Virus record (IMG/VR): IMGVR_UViG_3300043394_000263
Location: 1 to 35,325 of that record
Length of the DNA stretch: 35,325 nt
Source: a virus
Lineage: Duplodnaviria > Caudoviricetes
Direction: 5' to 3' (one strand)
The position numbers and the translations under genes are program-made. Of this stretch, positions 23,526-33,075 are shown piece after piece (position 1 is the first letter of the stretch; each line of letters starts with the position of its first letter). Below the pieces are notes generated by a model. That model saw only the letters and a program-made list of their open reading frames with translations, made no database searches and was not told where the DNA came from.

Positions 23526-23927
23526 TCAACTTGGAAATGTGTGAGCCGCGCAGGCTAAAACAATTGCCCGCGTCTCTGTGTAAGCGTCTCCGTCAATGCC
23601 CCAGTCTATTGACTCGGTTGAGGCAACGCCCCAAACCTTTAACCCGGCAATGTTGCAATCTGTCACAAATTGATCGGTCGCCAGCAACGCCCTGACAGAT
23701 TCGCAGATGGTATCAAACTCGTCACTTGGCAATGATTTCGTTGTGATGTTGACTACCACTTCGTAATTGCCGGAATCCTTCATCATCTCAGACGCGCTAA
23801 CTGCCCGGCAAATGATGCAAGGAAGCTCTTTGTCACCGTCATCTATTCCGGCATAGATGTTTGCGGATGTTATCGCGGACAAAGCCCCGCTAACTGCGGT
23901 TTCTACTAGATTGCGAAGTGAAGCCAT
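23526..23927 (-). CDS. Putative tail terminator / completion protein
   Basis: Acidic, 133 aa, ELPCIIC motif, synteny. Confidence 0.55.
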   Translation of the reverse strand: MASLRNLVETAVSGALSAITSANIYAGIDDGDKELPCIICRAVSASEMMKDSGNYEVVVNITTKSLPSDEFDTICESVRALLATDQFVTDCNIAGLKVWGVASTESIDWGIDGDAYTETRAIVLACAAHTFPS

Positions 23928-23945
23928 TTCAGTTTTAGCTGGTCG

Positions 23946-24632
23946 TCAACCGCCGCGACGCCTTGCTTTGGATTGAAGTTTTGAAGCCAATCTCTGGCGC
24001 ATGTTTGAAGATTCTTGAGCTAACGCCTTTTGAATGGCTTTCTCTGCCCACCGAGTTGGATTTGTGTCTGTGGTGTTTTCAGGCCTGCTGAAAGATGTAT
24101 TCCAAAATGAAACCTCTGTTTTTTCTTTTGGCAACGCTGGAGAGCTGTCTCCAAAGGCATCTTTGCCACGCCTAGAATTTTCTTTCTTTAGAGATTTGCC
24201 TATTGAAAACGCAACTTTCTTCAATGCCGCAAACCAGCCTGCCTTCATAAAGGATATACTTGAAAGCCTTCTTGAAAGTTCTTTTTGAGCAGCGGCTTCA
24301 ATGTCAATTATTTTTTGCCCGCTCTTTTTTGCCTTGGCGAATATGATTGCGTAAAGAGTTGGCGAAAACACTTTTTCAAAAACCGGCTTTCCCCTAATAA
24401 CTTTGCCAGATTTTGTGATCCTTACTTTATTGGCTCGAATGGAAGAGCTTTGCTGACCAAGCTCACTTAAAACCCTTGCCCTGTCCGCGCGCCGGTTAAT
24501 CGCGGCGGCTGCAATAAGCACAGAGTAAGCCTTTTGGTTTAATAGTTCCGCAATGTCGCGCTTCGATTCAGCGGCGTATTCTTTCAACGCCCTGTTAAAA
24601 TCTCTTGTATCTAGCTTTATCTCTGGCTTCAC
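23946..24632 (-). CDS. Putative neck / tail completion protein
   Basis: Basic, 228 aa, between head closure and terminator genes. Confidence 0.5.
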   Translation of the reverse strand: MKPEIKLDTRDFNRALKEYAAESKRDIAELLNQKAYSVLIAAAAINRRADRARVLSELGQQSSSIRANKVRITKSGKVIRGKPVFEKVFSPTLYAIIFAKAKKSGQKIIDIEAAAQKELSRRLSSISFMKAGWFAALKKVAFSIGKSLKKENSRRGKDAFGDSSPALPKEKTEVSFWNTSFSRPENTTDTNPTRWAEKAIQKALAQESSNMRQRLASKLQSKARRRGG

Positions 24633-24943
24633 GCATCCTTATCGGCGTCATCCAATGAAATGACATAGCAGCTTCCGTCGTTCGATATGGCTATTTCATT
24701 GATGATGCAATCATTGTTGTTGATCGTGATTATCTCTTTCAGAATCGGCGGCGTTGAAAAAAGCTCCGCCCTGACAACAATATCAACTTTTGAGCCAGTA
24801 GAATATCCGCCGTAATCTAACTCCTTTGTGTCGCGCGTATCACCAATTATGCACGGGTATTCCAGTCCGTTAAGAATCATCGTTTGACCAAGCTCGGATT
24901 CAATCTCTTTTAATGCCGCTGCATTGCCGTATATGTCGCTCAC
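24629..24943 (-). CDS. Putative head-closure (gpFII-like) protein
   Basis: 104 aa, beta-rich, ELDYGGY; synteny. Confidence 0.55.
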   Translation of the reverse strand: MSDIYGNAAALKEIESELGQTMILNGLEYPCIIGDTRDTKELDYGGYSTGSKVDIVVRAELFSTPPILKEIITINNNDCIINEIAISNDGSCYVISLDDADKDA

Positions 24944-24975
24944 AAATTTGTGATGTTGACAACACGCCTATTTCT

Positions 24976-26292
24976 ATGACTGAAAGAGAAAAGCAATTTG
25001 GTGAGCTTTACCAAAGCGGTCTTGCGTTGATTAAGGACGGCAAGGATTCCGATGGCATGGATTTGCTTTATCATGCCGCAAAGTGTGCGCCCGAGGGCTG
25101 GCTCGCACTTGCAAACAACTTAATCAAAGAGGGGATGCACACGATAGCGGCGGAAAGATGCTCCGAGATATTAAAGCTTACAAAGGACGTAAAAATTTGC
25201 GCCGCCGCATACAACAATCTTGGAATGATTGCTTGCATGATGGGAGACACATCTTCTGCTCTGGCTTATTTCAAAAAAAGCATTGAGAAATTCCCAAACG
25301 CGCCAGATTCATATTCAAACATGGGGCTGCTGGCTCAATGGCGAGGTGACTTCAAAGAAGCCATCCGTTATGCCTCCCGCGCGCTGTCTATTGATCATTG
25401 GCATGAGCAGGCGGCGTTTATTCGGTCAATGTGTCTGTTGATGGATTGTGATTACGAGCGAGGTTTTGAAGAATACGAATGCCGATGGAGAAGCAAAACG
25501 AACAACCTTTCAAAGATAACTTGCAACATGCCAGAATGGGACGGCACAAATGGGAAACGCGTCTATGTTTATGGCGAACAGGGATGCGGAGACACGATTT
25601 TGATGCTGCGTTACGCAAGTGAGATAAAAAAACTTGGGATTGAACAATGCTGGGTTGGTCAAAAAGGACTCGATTCGCTGATGCGAACAATGCCGGAAAT
25701 AGACTTGGTCTGTGAAGTTGGCGGCAATTTGCCGGAGTTTGATTGCCACATCCCGTCCGTTAGTTTGCCGAGAATTTTTAAGACAACGATTGATTCAATC
25801 CCTGAGTCGCCATACATCGCCATGCCAGATGTTAAAAAGCTAGACGGCTTCAATGTCGCCATCTGTTGGCGTGGATCAACAGCTCAGACCAACGACGCAA
25901 TACGATCTACTTCGCTAGAATTATGGAAACCCGTCATAGATTTAACAGGAGTAAATTTCCATTCAATTCAGGTTGATGGGAAAGATGAGGGACTTCTTTA
26001 TCCTCAACTCATTCAGCATCCAACTCCAAAAGACTGGCTTGAAACTGCGCGTCTTGTTTCTCAAATGGATTTGGTTATTTCGGTTGATACTTCTATTGTC
26101 CACCTTTGCGGTGCGCTCGATGTTACGTGTTGGTGTGCTTTGCATTGCCGCCCGTATTTTGTTTATCCGCCCAGATTCAAAGAAACGTCTCCTTGGTATA
26201 AATCTGTGAGGTTGTTTCGCCAAGAAAAAGAATATCAATGGCAACCAGTATTTGAAAGGATTGCAAATGAACTTAAAAGAATTACTAAATAA
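24976..26292 (+). CDS. TPR-repeat protein with C-terminal GT9-like glycosyltransferase domain
   Basis: AAYNNLG and DSYSNMG TPRs, GFEEYECRW, EQGCGDTI, MDLVISVDTSIVHLCGAL. Confidence 0.88.
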   Translation: MTEREKQFGELYQSGLALIKDGKDSDGMDLLYHAAKCAPEGWLALANNLIKEGMHTIAAERCSEILKLTKDVKICAAAYNNLGMIACMMGDTSSALAYFKKSIEKFPNAPDSYSNMGLLAQWRGDFKEAIRYASRALSIDHWHEQAAFIRSMCLLMDCDYERGFEEYECRWRSKTNNLSKITCNMPEWDGTNGKRVYVYGEQGCGDTILMLRYASEIKKLGIEQCWVGQKGLDSLMRTMPEIDLVCEVGGNLPEFDCHIPSVSLPRIFKTTIDSIPESPYIAMPDVKKLDGFNVAICWRGSTAQTNDAIRSTSLELWKPVIDLTGVNFHSIQVDGKDEGLLYPQLIQHPTPKDWLETARLVSQMDLVISVDTSIVHLCGALDVTCWCALHCRPYFVYPPRFKETSPWYKSVRLFRQEKEYQWQPVFERIANELKRITK

Positions 26293-26851
26293 AGCCACAC
26301 AGACGGCATATCCAGAACCGGACTCGCCAATCCATTCGGCAATTATTCCGATGGTCGTTTCCGAATTTTCAAAGCACTTGCCCGCGCCAGCCAGCGTCTT
26401 AGATATAGGCTGCGGCTCATGTTTTGGCGCAAAAGAATTGAGAAAATATGGCTATGAAGTGACTCCGGTTTCAGTCCTACAATCGGAAGCCGATTTTGCG
26501 ATTTCTGAAGGATTCATCGCCCACAAATGCGAGATGCACGAAACTAAATGGCTCGGAAACTTTGACGCCGCATGGCTTCGTCACGCCGCAGAGCATTCAC
26601 CTTGTCCTTTACTTTTGTTGTCAAACCTAGCGGAGCAAACCAGATGGCTTTTCATCGAAGTTCCATTGCCGCTAACAAGCGCAAGCCATGAATCAAACCC
26701 AAACCATTATTCCTGCCTGACTGATCTTGGATGGTTGAATATATTGAATCAATCTGGCTGGGATGTGGTTAAATCTCAAATCATATCATTTAAGATTCAG
26801 GCGGGTGATGACGCCTATGTTTATTTCATCTGCAAAAGAAGAAAGGAATAA
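26267..26851 (+). CDS. Class I SAM-dependent methyltransferase
   Basis: VLDIGCGS, FDAAWLRHAAEHSPCP, FIEVP. Confidence 0.85.
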   Translation: MNLKELLNKATQTAYPEPDSPIHSAIIPMVVSEFSKHLPAPASVLDIGCGSCFGAKELRKYGYEVTPVSVLQSEADFAISEGFIAHKCEMHETKWLGNFDAAWLRHAAEHSPCPLLLLSNLAEQTRWLFIEVPLPLTSASHESNPNHYSCLTDLGWLNILNQSGWDVVKSQIISFKIQAGDDAYVYFICKRRKE

Positions 26852-26853
26852 CA

Positions 26854-27057
26854 ATGAATGGAAAAGGCGACTCACCACGTCCGGTCAATGGGAAAAAATA
26901 CAGAGCAAACTATGAATCAATCTTCAAAAAAAACACTATACTACCTAGGAAAACCAGCCGACGGATTCGGATGGGGTCTCGCAAACACAAACCTCGTAAA
27001 GTCCCTAACTGGCCTATTGGACTGCCGCGTTTCATCGGCGGAGATGTCGGAATTTGA
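26854..27057 (+). CDS. Small phage protein with GKGDxPRP motif
   Basis: MNGKGDSPRPVNGKKYRANYESIF; its 3' part overlaps the GT4 gene. Confidence 0.45.
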   Translation: MNGKGDSPRPVNGKKYRANYESIFKKNTILPRKTSRRIRMGSRKHKPRKVPNWPIGLPRFIGGDVGI

Positions 27058-27901
27058 TGCGCCCGCATTTGTTCCGATTGTTGATTCAGCATTGAATCCA
27101 ATCCGCAAAATTAAAGCACCAAAAACAATCGGATACTGTTTTACAGAATGGCCTTTAACCGACAAAGCAAAAACAAACTCGCGACAATACGACTGGATAT
27201 TTACTGGGTCGGATTGGAACACCAATAAGCTTAAATCTGCCGGAATAAAACATTGTTCAACGCTTGTTCAGGGAGTTGATTTTGATCGGTTCAATCCTCG
27301 CCCACCAAGCCAGCGGAATGCGTTTGTTGTTTTCAGTGGTGGAAAATATGAGTTTAGAAAAGGGCAGGACTATGTTCTGGCTGCAATGAAACACTTCATG
27401 CGAGTCAGAACAGATGCCGTTTTGCTGGCCGCGTGGCACAATCCTTGGCCGCAATCCATTCAGTCAATGCGAAATTCATGGCTGATAAACCCCAGCAACC
27501 CTTTTGATGGATTGCCAGAGGATCGCGTGTTGAAAATTCCGGCAATGCCAAATGAGAAAACGGCTGAGATTTACGAACAGGCGCATGTTGGATTATTTCC
27601 AAACCGATGCGAAGCGGGGACTAACATGGTGATGACTGAATTTATGTCTTGCGCCCGGCCAGTCATAGCATCTTGCGCCCACGGGCATAAAGATGTTTTA
27701 TCCAGTGCCGCACTCAAGCTGACCAGCGGGAGTTATGACGCTGCCGGTTGGTTCAATGCCAATGTATCCGACATCATCAACAGGCTTGAATACGCTTATT
27801 CAAATCGCGCTGAAATGATTGAGCGCGGTGTTCAATGCGCAGACTTCATGCGTCAATTCACTTGGCAAAAGTGCGCTGAAAAGATTGTTGAGAAGCTATA
27901 A
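26912..27901 (+). CDS. GT4-family (GT-B) glycosyltransferase
   Basis: QGVDFDRF, YEFRKGQD, FPNRCEAGTNMVMTEFMSC (E-X8-E-like), FTWQKCA. Confidence 0.88.
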   Translation: MNQSSKKTLYYLGKPADGFGWGLANTNLVKSLTGLLDCRVSSAEMSEFDAPAFVPIVDSALNPIRKIKAPKTIGYCFTEWPLTDKAKTNSRQYDWIFTGSDWNTNKLKSAGIKHCSTLVQGVDFDRFNPRPPSQRNAFVVFSGGKYEFRKGQDYVLAAMKHFMRVRTDAVLLAAWHNPWPQSIQSMRNSWLINPSNPFDGLPEDRVLKIPAMPNEKTAEIYEQAHVGLFPNRCEAGTNMVMTEFMSCARPVIASCAHGHKDVLSSAALKLTSGSYDAAGWFNANVSDIINRLEYAYSNRAEMIERGVQCADFMRQFTWQKCAEKIVEKL

Positions 27902-28246
27902 ACTGACAACGATATATTCCAGATTGCAAGCTGCTGTATTGGCCTTAGCGTTTAAGGCCGTTCCGTTGATCGGAAAGATTGCCCACTGACCTGCAAGCAG
28001 TTTTAGAAAATAGTTGGTTGAATCTGGACCGAGTTGAATGAAGTTTGTTGAGTCCAAATTCTTAACGAAAACATAACCCGGGCTTGCCGGTATAGTAATT
28101 GTCTCGTTTGATGTGCCGACGCTTTCAATTCCAGATTTTACCTCAGTCCCAGAGATTGTAACCAATGTTGCTCCAGTGTTTCGCTCAACAATGCTCCCAG
28201 ATTTTGAGTAATAAAAACGTCCCGTCAAAGAAAGTTCGTCAGCCAT
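27896..28246 (-). CDS. Hypothetical virion-associated protein
   Basis: GYVFVKNLDSTNFIQLG...KLLAGQWAIFP...AKANTAAC. Confidence 0.6.
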   Translation of the reverse strand: MADELSLTGRFYYSKSGSIVERNTGATLVTISGTEVKSGIESVGTSNETITIPASPGYVFVKNLDSTNFIQLGPDSTNYFLKLLAGQWAIFPINGTALNAKANTAACNLEYIVVSL

Positions 28247-28249
28247 AAA

Positions 28250-28456
28250 TCAGGATGCTTTTTGCTTTTTTGGTTTGGGGTCGCGATTCTCAACCACTGG
28301 TTCGCGCGTCTGGATTTCCTCTTTGCTTTCTTTAACCTCGACAACGTAGCCATCGGCTATCAAAAGGTGAGGGTTTTTAACGCATTCAAAAACATCTCCA
28401 ACGGCAACGCCGGGATGTCCGTTAATTACGACTGGCTTGATTAGTTTTAGTTTCAT
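28250..28456 (-). CDS. Small head-associated hypothetical protein
   Basis: MKLKLIKP...VGDVFE...LLIADGY; downstream of the capsid gene. Confidence 0.55.
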   Translation of the reverse strand: MKLKLIKPVVINGHPGVAVGDVFECVKNPHLLIADGYVVEVKESKEEIQTREPVVENRDPKPKKQKAS

Positions 28457-28569
28457 TTCTCATCGGGCTGCCAAGCGGAGCAAAACGCGCTTGGCAGCCC
28501 GCCCCAACCAACAACAACCACACATTATTAGTCAATCGTCAACTCCTGAAATTTGCAACCATTTTTTCT

Positions 28570-29064
28570 TCACGCTTGTCCGGCGCAAGGATCAAATACA
28601 TGCCCCTTCAAAACCTGATAAACAATTGCTGTTTCCGTGCCGCTTCCGGTTGATGTGTCAACCCATCCAATCGGAATTTTGTCTGCGCTCCATTCCAATG
28701 TTGTCGCGCTCTTTTTTACCTCGGCTTCTGTGGCTGTCATTTCTAAGTAAATCCAATACCTTAAAACACCACCCGAAAGCGTCAATGTTGTTTCTGTATT
28801 TGTCGGCTCGATAGGGTCGCCAGTCGTGATAATGTAGCCGGTTGAAACTTTGAAATCTAACCAAGATGACGATTGCTGGTAGATGTGAAATGGCGGAAGC
28901 CCATCTTTTGTCAGTTGGTCTATTACGAGAGTTGTTCCAAAAGTGTCTCGCTTTACTTTGTAACCAACGCCGGATTGAATCTGGCTAGCTTTAGCCGCAT
29001 TCAATAGCCTGTTTAGCCAAGAATAAAGAGCAGATATGTTGGTTAGTGGACTCGGCCAGTTCAT
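28570..29064 (-). CDS. Hypothetical structural protein
   Basis: 164 aa preceded by its own copy of the GTTGAC motif. Confidence 0.6.
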   Translation of the reverse strand: MNWPSPLTNISALYSWLNRLLNAAKASQIQSGVGYKVKRDTFGTTLVIDQLTKDGLPPFHIYQQSSSWLDFKVSTGYIITTGDPIEPTNTETTLTLSGGVLRYWIYLEMTATEAEVKKSATTLEWSADKIPIGWVDTSTGSGTETAIVYQVLKGHVFDPCAGQA

Positions 29065-29086
29065 CTACTTTTAGTGGGTCGTCAAC

Positions 29087-29119
29087 AAAAACCCCGCCCG
29101 AATCTCTTCGAGCGGGGTT
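29087..29119 (-). terminator. Rho-independent terminator after the major capsid gene
   Basis: - strand AACCCCGCTCGAA-GAGA-TTCGGGCGGGGTTTTT. Confidence 0.8.
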
Positions 29120-29136
29120 GTGAATGATTAAGCTAA

Positions 29137-30951
29137 TTAGCGAATACCGCCGAGCATCGCGAACGATGCGGCGTGACGCACGCCCACATCGACCCAGCGG
29201 CGTGCGTAAAGTCTCACAACACCATTCGCCCCGGCGGTGTAAGGATCAACCACGAGGTCGGTTCCGTTTGCAAAGTTCGCAACCAACAACTCGTTCCAGT
29301 TGCCGAAGAAGATTGCCGAACAGATAGTGGTTGCCGTGCCAGTGGTCAAGTTGGTCGCAATCTGATTTGTTGCCTCAGCGCGATAGCCATTGATCATTCC
29401 ATCTTCAAAGATGGGGCTGTCAGTGCTTGCAAAGCGTTGCAAAACCTTCAGCGTTCCACGTTGAGCGGGACGAACCAGATAGGCCAGTGAGCCTTGATCT
29501 GCGTTTGCGGCGGCGACTGCGGATTCCAAGCTAACGAGTGCCGGATACGCGGTCGCGCCGTAGGACGACAAGAGCAAGCTGTCCGTGGCTGCCAACACAG
29601 TGCCAATGCCAGACGTAGCCGCGATGCCTGTGGGCTGACCTGAACCAGTGCCGTGAAGCGCAACACGATCAATTTCCAGCGCAAGCGTTTGGGCAATGTC
29701 GTCACGAACGATGCCGTCAACTGACGGGTCGGAAATGGCGAGCAATTGCTTGCTGTATTGATGATACGCGCTGACGGCCTGCGGGGTCAAAGTCAACTGT
29801 TGGAAGTTGACTGCCGTCAGAGTGGACGCGACCGTCTCGCCGACCCAGTTCACTGTGCCTGCACCGTTCTGGCGGGGGATAGTGGTCGGGCCGGACAAGT
29901 TCAGCACGCGCGCTCCGAGATTCAAGACTTGCGATTTGTTGCGCAAAATCTCAATAAACTCAGAAGCCGCATTTGTGGTTTGAACCGCAAACCCGCCAAG
30001 CGTGTTTGTTCCCGCAATCAAGTTACGAGCGAACACTGCGTCAGGCACAATGATACCTTCGGGCTTGATGTGCGAATTGCGAGAAAGCTCTTGGTGCATT
30101 TCAGCTTCAAAGCCTTCGTGCCGTCCAGTCATCTGCATTCCGATAGCCTTGCGGATTGAGTATTTATCCCAGTCGCGAGCCTTAACGTCGGCGAGCGGAT
30201 TGGATTGAATCGGTTTGATTTCGGGAAGCTGATTGAGAGCTTGCTTGCGGAATTGGTCGGCAGTCCAGCCTTCGCCGATTGCCTTGTCCGCCAGGTCACG
30301 CACGTTTTCAACTTTGCCCGCGAGGTTTTTTGAGATTGCAAGAATCTCTTGGGACTCCTTGCGGTAGTCCACTGTGGGAGTAATTTCAACTGACATAATT
30401 TTGTTTTCTTTCTCTGTTTTTTGCGACTCTAAATCTTGTTTGCGTCCAATTCCAACCGTCGCGTCTGCCGGAATTGATACGATGGAGATTTCATAAGGCT
30501 GCCACGCAAAAGTGCAAACCTCCCGGCCTGCCTCTTCTGCACAACTGACCTCTCTAACGATTCGATAGCCAACAGAGACCAATCTGCGGATACCATCTAC
30601 TACGTCATTCCAAATCTCTTCTCCGTTTTCAGACTTGGAAAATCTTACAATGGCTCGGCCTTTTTTGTCCTCGCCAATCCACGCCTTTTCAACGACACCA
30701 ATCTGCTCTTCTGGGTTGTGTCCCATCAACAGCGGGTGTCCGTTATTCAGTCGTGACAAATCACAGTTCACGGGATCGTGACTGAGGACTTCCATATACA
30801 TGCCTCGGTCAACTGGCGTCTCAGATGAAAAGCTCAACTCAATTGAGCGAGAATCTTTATTCATCTCAGCGCGTTCAAATTGCATCTCGCGCTTGAAAGT
30901 CTGCGCGGTCAATTTGTCAATCCGTGATTCTGTTTTGATTTCGTCTGACAT
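29137..30951 (-). CDS. Prohead protease - HK97-fold major capsid protein fusion
   Basis: LSFSSETPV, PLLMGH, VSVGY, PYEISIVSIPAD protease motifs, then GTVNWVGE, LHGTGSGQPTGI, FFGNW, DLVVDPY, RHAASF capsid motifs. Confidence 0.92.
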   Translation of the reverse strand: MSDEIKTESRIDKLTAQTFKREMQFERAEMNKDSRSIELSFSSETPVDRGMYMEVLSHDPVNCDLSRLNNGHPLLMGHNPEEQIGVVEKAWIGEDKKGRAIVRFSKSENGEEIWNDVVDGIRRLVSVGYRIVREVSCAEEAGREVCTFAWQPYEISIVSIPADATVGIGRKQDLESQKTEKENKIMSVEITPTVDYRKESQEILAISKNLAGKVENVRDLADKAIGEGWTADQFRKQALNQLPEIKPIQSNPLADVKARDWDKYSIRKAIGMQMTGRHEGFEAEMHQELSRNSHIKPEGIIVPDAVFARNLIAGTNTLGGFAVQTTNAASEFIEILRNKSQVLNLGARVLNLSGPTTIPRQNGAGTVNWVGETVASTLTAVNFQQLTLTPQAVSAYHQYSKQLLAISDPSVDGIVRDDIAQTLALEIDRVALHGTGSGQPTGIAATSGIGTVLAATDSLLLSSYGATAYPALVSLESAVAAANADQGSLAYLVRPAQRGTLKVLQRFASTDSPIFEDGMINGYRAEATNQIATNLTTGTATTICSAIFFGNWNELLVANFANGTDLVVDPYTAGANGVVRLYARRWVDVGVRHAASFAMLGGIR

Positions 30952-30968
30952 CTGTTTTTAGTTTGTTG

Positions 30969-32504
30969 TCAACTTGTGGCAATCGCTGCATCATCTGGCG
31001 CGTCGGGCTTTGATTGCTGCTTGTTTGCTTGCTGCCCAGATTCAGGAGAGAAATCAAGCCCGTATTCTTCCTCCAAAGATTCATCCGCAGCAATGTCTCC
31101 AAAAGTATCTTCAACATCTCCACCAGCTTCACTAATGATTTGCCTGCGAGACTTAAATCCCTTTTCAACAGCCAAAACGGATGCTTGCAAATCACTCAAC
31201 GGGTCAACCCAGTCCCATCTACGCGCCTTAAATTCTGGCTGATTCCATTTCCAAACTTTTGCCGCAGGCAAAGACAACCCGCTTTCATTGTTTTTCAAAG
31301 CCCCGGAACTTGCCGCCATCGAAAGCCACTCTTCAAAAATTGGGCGTATAAAAGAATCAATAAACCAACCTTGAACAGTCTTCCACTCCTCGCGCTCTTC
31401 TAAAAGCCCGGCGCGAATAGATGAATAGTTGACTGACTCTAAGTCGTTTGCCAATGACGTGTAAGAAACTCCAAGCCCCGCGCTTATTCCGCGCAATGTT
31501 GCTTTTACAAAATCCTTAAAAGCGGTTGACGGATGGTTTGGGTCAAACGATTTGAAGTCTTTTCCAAACGGTAGCTCTTCAATGCTGCCCGGTTCGACTT
31601 CCATATACTTGCGCCCCTGAGAATCTTGCGCCCCAGAATACGGGATTGACTGCGCTGCCGTGTTGATAATAAATCCCATCTTTGCCGCGCTAACCCTAGA
31701 TGCCACAAGTTCCGCAGCCTCGTATTGGCCTAGGTTTTTCAACCTTACCATTGTTGAGACTAGCCAAGGGAATCCCGTGCTTTGTCCGACACGCTCAGGC
31801 CTGTAAAGATGGATAATAAATTTTGCATCAACGTATTCAGTCCAAAATCCGTTTGCGCGGGGTTGGAATAACTCACCCGGATGTGATCGCAATAACCAAT
31901 AGCCGACCACTTTTCCTGACTGGTTTTTGCGAATGCCCATTGATGTGACCGATCCGTCTTTGTGGGTTTCATTGCGGTCAATGTCTAGTTGGTCGATCTC
32001 GATTGGTTCAAGCGAAAACAAAAATGGATTGTCTTTAGGATAATGCTTGCGAAACAAACAAGCTCCGTCTCGTGCTGTTGATGTAAGGGCAATTTGTTGT
32101 AGTTGAATAAAATTGTGCGCCCCAGAAAGTGAGCAGTATTCCGGCCTGCGCCACATGGAATGAGCATCTTCAATTATTTTGTTCGCCACCATGTCGTAAC
32201 GCTCAACCCATTTTCCGGCTTCTTTGACGCGCTCGCGCACCTTCATTTGCAATCCAATGCCATTGCTTCCAAGCACGTTGTTTTGCAAAAGTTTGAAATA
32301 GCGGCGCGCATAATCGTTGTTGCGTTCCAAATCGCGGCAACGATTACGAAGTTCTTTAAGAGAATATCGGATTTCAGAGTCGGCAGAATTTCCGCTAGTA
32401 AGCCAATCAGCCGTCAACCGATTCAATGCCCCAGCATCAAATTGGCGTTGCGTTGGCTGATGTTTTGGTTTCCGCCAAAATGCGAGTTTTTCAATTAGAT
32501 TCAT
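30969..32504 (-). CDS. Lambda-family portal protein
   Basis: LRNRCRDLERNN, RVGQSTGFPW, DLESVNYSSIRAGLLE, WDWVDP. Confidence 0.93.
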   Translation of the reverse strand: MNLIEKLAFWRKPKHQPTQRQFDAGALNRLTADWLTSGNSADSEIRYSLKELRNRCRDLERNNDYARRYFKLLQNNVLGSNGIGLQMKVRERVKEAGKWVERYDMVANKIIEDAHSMWRRPEYCSLSGAHNFIQLQQIALTSTARDGACLFRKHYPKDNPFLFSLEPIEIDQLDIDRNETHKDGSVTSMGIRKNQSGKVVGYWLLRSHPGELFQPRANGFWTEYVDAKFIIHLYRPERVGQSTGFPWLVSTMVRLKNLGQYEAAELVASRVSAAKMGFIINTAAQSIPYSGAQDSQGRKYMEVEPGSIEELPFGKDFKSFDPNHPSTAFKDFVKATLRGISAGLGVSYTSLANDLESVNYSSIRAGLLEEREEWKTVQGWFIDSFIRPIFEEWLSMAASSGALKNNESGLSLPAAKVWKWNQPEFKARRWDWVDPLSDLQASVLAVEKGFKSRRQIISEAGGDVEDTFGDIAADESLEEEYGLDFSPESGQQANKQQSKPDAPDDAAIATS

Positions 32505-33058
32505 GCGTTGCCAAATCTCACCAAAACATTTCGGCGACTAATGCCAGCGGCGTCATCTTTTTCTCCTTTGACTAGGTTTTCATAATGAGCCTTTGCAGAT
32601 AAAAGCTCAGAGAACGACATTCGAGAAATGGACTGCCCCGCGATTGTAGAACTTAAAACATCGCGTGATGCCTTGCCTTCAAGCACCGCATTGATTGAAT
32701 CTAAACACTTTTGCGCATGTGAGCGGGTATCATAATTCGCATCTTGCTGAGATAGGTCTGGCAAGACTTCAAGATACCCTCGCCAGATTGTAAAAGTCTC
32801 AACGCCATCGGTTATTTTTGCAATTCCGTTATATTTTGCAGGTATCCAAGTCGCTGTTGTGGCTTTGGGAACGTTGAAAAGATGGGAAGCCCCGGATTCT
32901 GTTCCGCTTATGTCTATCGCCGTGGCCTCCTTTGCTCGGAATGAATAGGTCAATACCCAGTCTTGATCTGCTGGGAAGTTTTCCAAATCAATCTTGAAAA
33001 GCAGGGTTTCCCCCGCTGTCATAATTGACGGAATGCTGGTAAGTGTTTGCGCTGCCAT
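32501..33058 (-). CDS. Head completion / adaptor protein (gpW-like position)
   Basis: DTRSHAQKCLDSINAVLEG...IAGQSISRM; between terL and portal. Confidence 0.7.
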   Translation of the reverse strand: MAAQTLTSIPSIMTAGETLLFKIDLENFPADQDWVLTYSFRAKEATAIDISGTESGASHLFNVPKATTATWIPAKYNGIAKITDGVETFTIWRGYLEVLPDLSQQDANYDTRSHAQKCLDSINAVLEGKASRDVLSSTIAGQSISRMSFSELLSAKAHYENLVKGEKDDAAGISRRNVLVRFGNA

Positions 33059-33075
33059 TCATTTTTACGCGTTCG

